51,417 nt of DNA from Octopus bimaculoides (lineage: Eukaryota). The DNA lies in the NCBI RefSeq assembly GCF_001194135.2, contig NC_068993.1, forward strand, positions 9,042,153-9,093,569. Direction: 5' to 3'. Below are positions 13,787-24,000 of this stretch, piece by piece (the stretch's first letter is position 1; every line of letters starts with the position of its first letter). Position numbers and translations under genes: made by a program. The notes beneath the pieces are model-generated. The model was not told the DNA's origin, did not search any database, and was given only the letters and a program-made list of their open reading frames with translations.

Positions 13787-14578
13787 TTTATTATAAAGAA
13801 TATAGAATCAAAGAGGTATAGAAAATTGAAGATAAAGCTCCTAATATTAATTTCATCATAATTATCTCTTATTCAATATGCCAGTACACTGGTGCTTCCA
13901 TTTCTATGCAAAGACGAATGCGTGTTAGCACAAAACGCAGATAAATAAAATAAACCAATCAATGCGTGGGAGGTGGGTAGACATAAAACGAAAGATTGAT
14001 GTAGGAATTACAATCTTCCCTCCCACCCATTCGTTACATCGTCGGGGGCGTACATCAAGGATCGGCACACACACACACACACTCTCTCTCTCTCCAAGCA
14101 TTCCTGTGCAGATAAGATCACATATTCCCTCCCTCTAAATATTCAGTCCTCGCTACCATCAACTCCAGCATTTGCCAGGCACGCCACATGCTTCTACAAA
14201 CATCATTTGAAAAAGAAAAAAACAAAACAACTTATTCAACAACTCTAAAAAAACACGGTCATTTGAACAGTCGCGTCCGTAACATTGAAGAATAACAGAT
14301 GGAGGTGCCGTCGCTCGACCTGTTAGAAACAGCAGTTAAATCATCCTCAAATTAGGTCTACCGTCTAAAAAAATTTTTTTTAGAAAGATCTAGCCATAGT
14401 TGGAATGCTTTCGATAATAGACCTGCTAGATAAATTGGATACTGTAGTCTTCGATACACGGGCCTGGCGTTAATAAAGAATTGTCATATCAGAAATAACT
14501 TTAATCAGAAGGGCCACGGTTGAAATGCTTTTTATCTTAGACCAGTTCATTCAGAACTCACCTGGAGTCCCCCCCCCC

Positions 14579-15086
14579 NNNNNNNNNNNNNNNNNNNNNN
14601 NNNNNNNNNNNNNNNNNNNNNNNNNNNNNNNNNNNNNNNNNNNNNNNNNNNNNNNNNNNNNNNNNNNNNNNNNNNNNNNNNNNNNNNNNNNNNNNNNNNN
14701 NNNNNNNNNNNNNNNNNNNNNNNNNNNNNNNNNNNNNNNNNNNNNNNNNNNNNNNNNNNNNNNNNNNNNNNNNNNNNNNNNNNNNNNNNNNNNNNNNNNN
14801 NNNNNNNNNNNNNNNNNNNNNNNNNNNNNNNNNNNNNNNNNNNNNNNNNNNNNNNNNNNNNNNNNNNNNNNNNNNNNNNNNNNNNNNNNNNNNNNNNNNN
14901 NNNNNNNNNNNNNNNNNNNNNNNNNNNNNNNNNNNNNNNNNNNNNNNNNNNNNNNNNNNNNNNNNNNNNNNNNNNNNNNNNNNNNNNNNNNNNNNNNNNN
15001 NNNNNNNNNNNNNNNNNNNNNNNNNNNNNNNNNNNNNNNNNNNNNNNNNNNNNNNNNNNNNNNNNNNNNNNNNNNNNNNNNNNNNN
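14579..15086. other. Assembly gap (others at 4788-4797, 19019-19473, 23523-23691, 38923-38932 and 43049-43271)
   Basis: Runs of N. Confidence 1.
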
Positions 15087-15250
15087 CATCAAAAAGTGAA
15101 GGACGAAGAACATACTGAACGGTGTAGCCCTAGATACACTTCGCCTGGAAAAAAAAAAGACAGGGTCTGAAGGCTGGAAATTCTTTTACCATAGCCCTGC
15201 TCAGGTTGACCTGAGCTAAACAATAACATTTTAAAACACACACACACACA

Positions 15251-15407
15251 CCGTTTTTACTAATATATGTCGCACTGTATTATACTCGAGTGTAATTGAA
15301 AAAATTAAGGTGCGACTTATACACAGGGCAAAACTATGAAGGGAAAGATTTTGTACAAAGATTTAGCACTTTGATTAGGAGTACGACTTATATCCGAGTA
15401 AGTACAG
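15251..15407. mobile_element. Tc2/pogo-like MITE
   Basis: Ends CCGTTTTTACTAATATATGTCGCAC and GTACGACTTATATCCGAGTAAGTACAG are imperfect inverted repeats of the CCGTA..TATAAGTCG type. Confidence 0.5.
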
Positions 15408-15739
15408 TACGTACTTATATCAACCCATGAGGGAACAACCTCTGCAGGGTCTCCCTCAGATCACACCGTGATACCATAAAAGAAACAAAACAAATAGGAA
15501 GGTCACACCTGGAATGTTTATGATCAGAACTAACATGGGTCTAAACAACAACTTTACCCAACTGTTCTGAAGCCATTTAATACGCAAGAAGGGTAGAGAA
15601 CCAACAAGCAAGTTGAGTATAGACTTTATATATAAAGTTGGTGGATTTGGGTCAAGCAAGTGCTAAACTGGAGTTACCACTTGTGGGTTTGTTTGTTTTC
15701 TTAATGCCAAGTTGTGAAGTTTACATAGATTGGACGAGA

Positions 15740-16075
15740 TCAATGGTGGCGTTAATCTTTGAGATTCATACCTTTTAAATGTCCCGTTTAAATTGTTGCA
15801 AGTTGACACTTGCAGGAACGAAGTGAGCAATGAGGTGATTTCAGAGGGATGTGAAGTGGGGGGGAGAAAGAACTGGATGTAGTGGTTAGTGTGAGGAGGA
15901 GGAACTGGACACAACAACGGTGAGAAGAAGAGGAGGAGAGGCCAGTGGACCAGGAGTGTATAAGTGGAGAAGATTGCAAGACTAGTTGCAGGGAACGATG
16001 GTTATTGTAGTTGTGGTAGAGAAGGCAAAGGGAAGAGACAGCACACCTGTGAGTACAAGCAGGTATATGTCTATC
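15740..16075 (-). mobile_element. Degenerate L2/CR1-like LINE ORF2 C-terminal remnant
   Basis: Minus-strand translation HRCAVSSLCLLYHNY...TNHYIQFFLP...FKR resembles the HRRxVxSLxLFY...FFPRTxxxWNxLP...FK tail of L2/CR1-type LINEs; frameshifted. Confidence 0.55.
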
Positions 16076-16114
16076 AGTGATTTTATCACAATCAGTTGTC
16101 TTTCTGTGGAAATG

Positions 16115-16704
16115 GTCTACATGGCTGTGTGGTATGTAGCTTGCTTACCAACCACATGGTTCCGGGTTCAGTCCCACTGTGTGGCACCTTGGGCAAGTGT
16201 CTTCTACTATAGCTTCGGGCCGACCAAAACCTTGTGAGTGGATTTGGTAGACAGAAACTGAAAGAAGCCCGTCGTATATATGTATATATATGTGTGTGTG
16301 TGTTTGTCCCCCCACCATCGCTTGACAACCAATGGTGGTGTGTTTACGTCTCCGTAACTTAGCCGTTCGGCAAAAAGAGACCAATAGAATAAGTACTAGG
16401 CTTACAAAGAATAAGTCCTGGGGTCGATTTTCTCGACTAAAGGCGGTGCTCCAGCATGGCCACAGTCAAATGACTGAAACAAGTAAAAGAGAGAGAGTAA
16501 AGAGTGTTTGCATGTGTACTGCTCCAAATTTACTTTTAAAAGAAACAAAACCAACTTAGAAGCATTTGCAGGTCTGATTGAAGCCTTGTGAGTGGATTTG
16601 GTAGACAGAAACTGAAAAAATGCCCATGTGTGTGTTTGCCTTTGTCCCCCACCACCACTTGATAACCAGTGTTGGTTTGTTGATGTCCTCATACCTTAGC
16701 AGTT
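16115..16704 (+). mobile_element. SINE family A full copy (to about 16504) followed by an internal fragment (about 16580-16704)
   Basis: Similar to family A. Confidence 0.8.
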
Positions 16705-17245
16705 CAATTTATATGGAACCCAAATATCGAGCCTCTTAATGAGTTCAAGACATTTTAAATGATTTTCAATTGCTGTGTGCGATACATTTAACCTCTCTGC
16801 AATCTCTCACACAGTTACATGACAATCAGATTCGATTATGGCTTTGATTTGGTCATCATCAACTTCAGGACGTCGACCGGAACATTGGTCATCCTTGTGT
16901 GAAAAATCTCCAGAACGAAATTTTTTAAACCATTTCTGACATGTGCGTTCTGTTAATGAATCAACACTATATATTTCACATATCTCTTTGTGAGCCTCAG
17001 CAGCTTTCTTGCCTTTACGGAAATAAAGAAGCAAAATATGGCGAAAATGTTCATTTTTGCACTCCATGTTGAAATTAACTGAACTAACAGCTGTAAACAA
17101 GATTACGTGCAATTTGCTTCTGAAGTCAACTAAAGGTAATGGCGATCAAATGTCGAAAGGAAAAAAAATAACATTGACAAAAGTCATTCAGAAAAATCGT
17201 AGCTCTCTTTGCGAAAAATGAAATTACTTTCTTTCCAACCCAATA
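16705..17245 (-). mobile_element. Mariner transposon 5' fragment (TIR plus N-terminal transposase pseudogene, ATG at 17067)
   Basis: TA+TTGGGTTGGAAAGAAAGTAATT TIR resembles the Hsmar1-type TIR; MECKNEHFRHILLLYFRKGKKAAEAHKEIC...WFKKFRSGDFS...V*EIAERL...IWVPYKL contains the HTH region, a WVPHEL-like motif and an in-frame stop. Confidence 0.92.
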
Positions 17246-18415
17246 GTTATGCATGACCCTTTTCGACAAACCAGATTAGTTTTGAGATCATATGGTGTAA
17301 GTTATTTCTCAAACTACAGACAATGATTGTGATCATGATCATTGCTTGGACAGAATTTGTTGAAGCAGATTTTCTATGCTGCATGCCCTTCCAATTGCCA
17401 AACCTCACCTGTTTCTGTTTCCAAATAAAGCAATATTTTCCCAAGACCAAAACAATTTCATAGGAGATTGGAAACAAAAGACACTGTTTGCATGGCAGTG
17501 ACACTTACTTACAACTATCACACAATGTCAAGTCAAAGAGACAATAATACATGCGTGTACACACACGTGCATGTGATGGGCTTCTTTCAGTTTCTATTTA
17601 TGAAATCCACTCTCAAGGCTTTAATAAGACAGGGGTTATAGTGGAAGACACTTACTCAATCCAAAACTATGTGGCTGGAGAGCCTACTTCTTTAACACAC
17701 AGCCATATCTTTGCTCTATCTTTTTCACAATATTTTAACCCATATCTCCAAATGGTGTCCAATTCCATGACTTCATTTTTGTATAATCATTATTGATTAT
17801 TTATGCTAATTAATTAAATCTTAACATAGAAGCCCTTAAAGAACAAAAGTCTTCGATATTGAAACTATTTACGTTTTCAATTATGTCTTCCATATCGTTT
17901 CATATTTAAGGCTGTTGACAGAATATGAGATTCAGGATTATGTTGCTACAAAACATCTGTAAAATGATGTTATTACAGCATAAGAGAGAAGCGAAAAAGA
18001 TAGAAGCAACTGCACAATGGTAGTTCAGGTTTGTGATTATTCCATATTATGGTATTCAGGATTGTGGAAGTCAATATCAACTGGAATAACTTGGCTATGT
18101 TAAGATGGTTTTTTTATGCATTCTTCTTTCCCACTTAGATTCTAAATGTTGTCACAAAAGTAATATGTCCATTCTGCTGAAATAAATTTTCAGTAAATTT
18201 TCTATATCCTTGTGCAGCTGAAGATTGCTCTGTATTTTGCATTTAATTTAATGCTTGCATTACTTAAATAAATGGAGTGGCATGAAACGTGCGTACTGCA
18301 ATAACCTTTAAAATCCGTGTTGTCCTTTTTGATTTTTGACCACCTTGTTTTTGGAATTGTTTGGATAATACCATACTATATTCTGGTGCCTAAACTTAAT
18401 GTGCCACATTGAAAT

Positions 18416-18418
<3 letters not shown>

Positions 18419-18452
<34 letters not shown>

Positions 18453-18692
18453 GGTGTGTATATATATATATGCATATATGTATATGTAAATGGGTACATG
18501 TATATATATATGTATACGTGTCTATATATGTTTATGTGTATATATATATATGTATGTGAGTATGTATGTATATGTGTATGTATATATATATATATATATA
18601 TGTATGTTTATATGTATATGCATATGTACCTATGTATGTATATATGTATATACATATGTACCTATGTATGTATATATGTATATACATATGTA

Positions 18693-18766
<74 letters not shown>
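18419..18766. repeat. Compound TA/TG/TATG microsatellite
   Basis: Seen directly. Confidence 0.97.
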
Positions 18767-18767
<1 letters not shown>

Positions 18768-18810
18768 GGGAGTATTGTAGTTTGCCTGAAGCATTGTTTA
18801 TGGTTTGTAA

Positions 18811-18993
18811 AGAATAAAATATTTTGATTGACACAATAATGCACTATAATACAAAGAATGGACTATAATAACTGTTGTAATTTAATCATCCAGAGTCTGA
18901 TATCGGGCTATGGATGATTAGATTTACAAAAGTTATTATAGTCCATTGTTTATATTATAGTGCATTATTGTGTCATTGAAAGTATTTTATTCT
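18811..18993. mobile_element. Near-perfect fold-back element (MITE), about 183 bp
   Basis: Arms of about 90 nt, reverse-complementary with a few mismatches; mirrored ORFs [11 protein letters not shown] (-) and MHYCVIESILF (+). Confidence 0.75.
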
Positions 18994-19904
18994 ATATGTA
19001 TATCTATCTATCTATATANNNNNNNNNNNNNNNNNNNNNNNNNNNNNNNNNNNNNNNNNNNNNNNNNNNNNNNNNNNNNNNNNNNNNNNNNNNNNNNNNN
19101 NNNNNNNNNNNNNNNNNNNNNNNNNNNNNNNNNNNNNNNNNNNNNNNNNNNNNNNNNNNNNNNNNNNNNNNNNNNNNNNNNNNNNNNNNNNNNNNNNNNN
19201 NNNNNNNNNNNNNNNNNNNNNNNNNNNNNNNNNNNNNNNNNNNNNNNNNNNNNNNNNNNNNNNNNNNNNNNNNNNNNNNNNNNNNNNNNNNNNNNNNNNN
19301 NNNNNNNNNNNNNNNNNNNNNNNNNNNNNNNNNNNNNNNNNNNNNNNNNNNNNNNNNNNNNNNNNNNNNNNNNNNNNNNNNNNNNNNNNNNNNNNNNNNN
19401 NNNNNNNNNNNNNNNNNNNNNNNNNNNNNNNNNNNNNNNNNNNNNNNNNNNNNNNNNNNNNNNNNNNNNNNNNAGAAAGGAAGAATACAAAAAACCATTT
19501 TGACTTAGCCAGACCTTACAGGCTAGTAAATAATTCTAAGCAGATTTTTAACTATCACTGATTTTATTTGTTTTTTTTGTTTCTGATTTAGGGACCATCT
19601 TATCAGACTATGTGCTTTTGTACCTCATTCATTGATATCGCCATATTTTCCATTGAAAAACCTTTAAATTCGGAATCACTGCTTGATAGCATGAAACTCC
19701 AATCCATTTTCACAGTTGAAAAAAAAAAAAAATCGATGCCAAAAAAATGTGGAAAAAAAATGTAATAATACAAATAATAAGAACAAAATTTGGCTAATTA
19801 TTCCTTATGGAGCTCAAGTTAAAACAAAAATTATTAAAGAGATTTTAAATATAATTGAGATATTCATTTAGAGATAATAAAAAATATAATAACATTTTTT
19901 CTAG

Positions 19905-20416
19905 TGTTCTCACATGGCCTCAGACTCAAAAGTGCCTGGAGGAGGTAGTGCTGCCCTGGGTCAAGAGGGTGTCTGCTGGAAGACCCTATGTCAAGCAACA
20001 AGACTTTGCACCATGCCACACAAGCAGAAGAACCCAGTCGTGGCTGCCAGACAATTTCTGCAATCACATCACCCCTAACATCTGGCCACCTAACTGCCCA
20101 GACTACAACCCTTTTCATCATTATGTGTGGAGCATATTTGAGCGAGAGACCAACAAAACTCCTTGTAACACCAAAGACGAACTGAAGGCAAGGACTGTGG
20201 CAGCATTCACCAACTTAAACAAAGAGTTGCAGGAGATTCCCAAGTCATCTGGAGGCCGTGGTTGAAGCCAGTGGCGATTTTATTGAATAAATTTACTCTT
20301 TAGTACTTCAAGATATCCTTTATGTAATTTTGGTAAATATATCTGTTAAAATGAGATGTCAGTGTTATTTTCATTTTTGCGTAATTTAGACGACCGTTTA
20401 TTCACCGCACCCTGTA
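19905..20416 (+). mobile_element. maT/DD37D-type Tc1/mariner 3' fragment with right TIR
   Basis: QQDFAPCHTSRRTQSWL...WPPNCPDYNPFHHYVW: 37 residues separate the second catalytic D from the expected third D (here H); ends TTATTCACCGCACCCTG+TA. Confidence 0.85.
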
Positions 20417-20849
20417 CATATATATGATTACACAACAGGCTTCTTTCAGTTTCCAGCAACCAGATTCACTCACAAGATTTTGGTTGGCCTGAAGCTATAA
20501 TAGAAGACACTTGCCCAAGGTGCCACACAATGGGACTGAACCCAGAACCATGTGGTTGAGAAGCAAGCTTCTAACCATACAGCCACGCCTGTGCTTATAA
20601 AAATTTTTCTCCAATAAAACAAATTTGATCTGCAAAAATGTGTTTCCCGATAACTAATCTTCCTCCTAACATGCGTTTGTAGAAATGGGATGGGATCATT
20701 GTTCCACTGGGATGGGATCAAGTCGTCGCATGTTTTTGGTAGCTAGCATTCACCTCCCTTCAATTGTGTGCATGAACAATGTCATCATTTTGAGAAACAG
20801 TGAATGACTCAAGCAGTGGAGGATGTATGCAAACACACACACACACATG

Positions 20850-21034
20850 GTGCAGATGTGGCTGTGTGGTAAGAAGTTTGCTTCTCAACCACATGGTTCT
20901 GGGGTCAGTCCTATTGCATGGTACCTTGGGCAAGTGTCTTCTACTATAGTCTCGGGCCAACCAAAGCTTTCTCAGTGGATTTGGTAGACAGAAACAGAAA
21001 GACACCTGTCGTGTGTGTGTGTGTGTATTGTTGC

Positions 21035-21073
<39 letters not shown>

Positions 21074-21307
21074 ATATATAGTTAAACTGTTGTATGTTCA
21101 AATTTGGCCAAATGCATTTTTTTCAATATCTCTTTTTGCTTGCAATAGCCGCATCTTTTGGTCAAACTATCGTATGTCCAGCTGCTTCAGATGCCAAGAT
21201 ATCAAAAATTGTCAAGTGTAGTACAACGGTTTTGCTATGGGATGGTGAAACTTTTTTCGTTTTCTGAAAAAACCTTTTGGACTTAGGACACTTTTGCAAA
21301 ATAGCAA

Positions 21308-21347
<40 letters not shown>

Positions 21348-21940
21348 TTGCTATTTTGCAAAAGTGTCCTAAACTAAAAACCACATTCTATGTGGACTTT
21401 TAAGCTATGTCTTGCAGAGGACTAATTGGGCCTGTGGCGCCAAACTAAAGAGAACAACGATAATAAAGCCTTTATTGGTACCCTTCTAATATGGTATTAC
21501 TTTAAATTTAATTTAAATGAAAAACTAGTAAGTTCACAAATTTTGGGAGTTTTTTTTAAATTTGAATTTTCAACTGTTAGCATATAACAAATCCTCATCC
21601 AGGCCTGATCCCACTGCTGGATGTTCAAGAACCAAATGACGGATAGAATTTCAATCCTGGATTCATCCCGATTCCAAAGAGGTATAATATGTCTATGCAG
21701 AGATACACGGGTCCTGGACGGACGGACAGACAGAATTTCGCGTTTATTAAGCACACAATCACACACATACATCTTCCTATCTATGTTTTTCCCCCCACAG
21801 ACAATCCCTAAGTCATGAGGATGTAAACACATCAGCACCAGTGTTGGTGTGTTTACACTTATGACTTAGCGATTCGGTAAAAAGTGTCTGATAGAATAAG
21901 TATCAAGTTTTTAAAAAAATAAGTACTGGAGTCAATTTCT
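20850..21940 (+). mobile_element. SINE family A split at its internal microsatellite (5' half about 20850-21025, 3' half about 21780-21940); minus-strand 5' halves also at about 17575-17705 and 20420-20590
   Basis: Both halves resemble family A and flank about 750 bp of other sequence. Confidence 0.6.
21283..21372. repeat. Perfect 90-bp palindrome (28-bp arms around (TA)17)
   Basis: TTAGGACACTTTTGCAAAATAGCAACGA-(TA)17-TCGTTGCTATTTTGCAAAAGTGTCCTAA. Confidence 0.95.
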
Positions 21941-23159
21941 TGGGTAAATTTTCAGCTCAACACCCGCACGTTTTTCACTAGGGTGTTAGGGTTAGGGTTT
22001 TAGAGTGCGGGTGTTAATCTGAAAATTTACCATTTGGCTGAAGTCTGATGACGTAAACACGTAAAAGATAAGCTATAAGGGCATCCACAGTTTCTGCGTA
22101 CCAAACGCCTATCCCGCAAAGCCTTTTCATCACCAAATCCTCCATATGAAGCTCAGTTATTGGAGGTTAAGCATGTAACTGGTTGAATCGACCTTTTCTT
22201 AGTTCCCTACCTTTTTTTTTTGTTATATTACAAATGTCACTTCCTGTTTGTTTTCGCATTGCACTTTCACTTTTCCTTTATCCTAAAGTACGAGTTAATC
22301 GCGCCATCGTGTAATGAAGAGGACCGTCGGTGGGGTCCCCAAATTCTCACAGTTGTCACAAATTCTGGGTTGTTGATATGATCAACTGAATGGATCCAGA
22401 TTACGACGAGCACTTATTTTCTTATCTAGGAGGATTAAAAATTGGCACGGTCGCCCTTGTCGACATTTGAAACCATAATTTAAGAAGATACGTAATTAAA
22501 ATCGCAAAGATATCACTCCGAAACACCATTTGTTTTTGTCACTAACCTCCATTATGATGCATTATTATTTTTGAAGACTGAATGCACAATGATAAAGTGG
22601 AGCAAGGACACTGGGGGAAAGAAACTTCTTTCACATATATAAAGAGTTGCGAATTCAGACTGGGTTTTTAAAATGCTATCACCTTACGACATTTAGTTTG
22701 TTGCGATCTGAAATCTTTTTAACTTCGTAAAAATGTTATCAGCCGGAAGTTGGAACAGAACCATTAAGGAGAGAAATGAACTATGTTGTCTGCAACAAGA
22801 GCAAAACACAGGGAAGATTCGAGGGGCCTGCCAACAAGGACAAAGAGGTTTCAACAACGTGTTTAGGTAATACAAATCTACATAATATAAATAATGTCAA
22901 CTCGAAACTCGATGCAAATTTTTAAAGTAAAAGTATCGATTTCAACCGGAAGTGAAACAAGAATCGTTAAGAGCATCGCGACTGCTATGACCGTCACCAA
23001 CAACCGCAATTCTACGTTTATGGCTCAACGTTATTTTGTTTTATAGAAAACTTCTAAATATATTGGTCAATTCCAAAGATATATAAATCTAGATTTATCG
23101 CTATCTACCACCAACAGAGACAGACGAACAGACAAACAAACAAACAACCACCTACACAC

Positions 23160-23900
23160 ATTATATATATATATATACATATATATATACACACACGCAC
23201 ACACATATATATATATACACACACACATATATATATACACACACACATATATATATACACACACACATATATATATATACACACACACATATATATATAT
23301 ACACACACACACATATATATATATACACACACACATATATATATATATACACACACATATATATACACACACACACATATATATATACACACACACACAT
23401 ATATATATATACACACACACATATATATATATACACACACACACACATATATATATATACACACACACATATATATATATACACACACACATATATATAT
23501 ATATACACACACACCTATATATNNNNNNNNNNNNNNNNNNNNNNNNNNNNNNNNNNNNNNNNNNNNNNNNNNNNNNNNNNNNNNNNNNNNNNNNNNNNNN
23601 NNNNNNNNNNNNNNNNNNNNNNNNNNNNNNNNNNNNNNNNNNNNNNNNNNNNNNNNNNNNNNNNNNNNNNNNNNNNNNNNNNNNNNNNNNNTATATACAT
23701 ATATATATACACACACGCACACACATATATATATATACACACACACATATATATATACACACACACATATATATATACACACACACATATATATATACAC
23801 ACACACACATATATATACACACACACACATATATATATACACACACACACATATATATACACACACACATATATATATACACACACACACATATATATAT

Positions 23901-23953
<53 letters not shown>

Positions 23954-24000
23954 TATATACACACACACACACACACATATATATATATGCGCGCGCGCGC
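23160..24000. repeat. Long compound (AT)n(AC)n microsatellite with an internal gap (23523-23691), ending in a (GC)n run
   Basis: Seen directly; explains the C/V/Y/I-rich pseudo-ORFs. Confidence 0.97.

Noticed and set aside
14525-19508. Poly-X ORFs at 14525-15118, 18960-19508 and 42962-43282
   Set aside because: They span assembly gaps.
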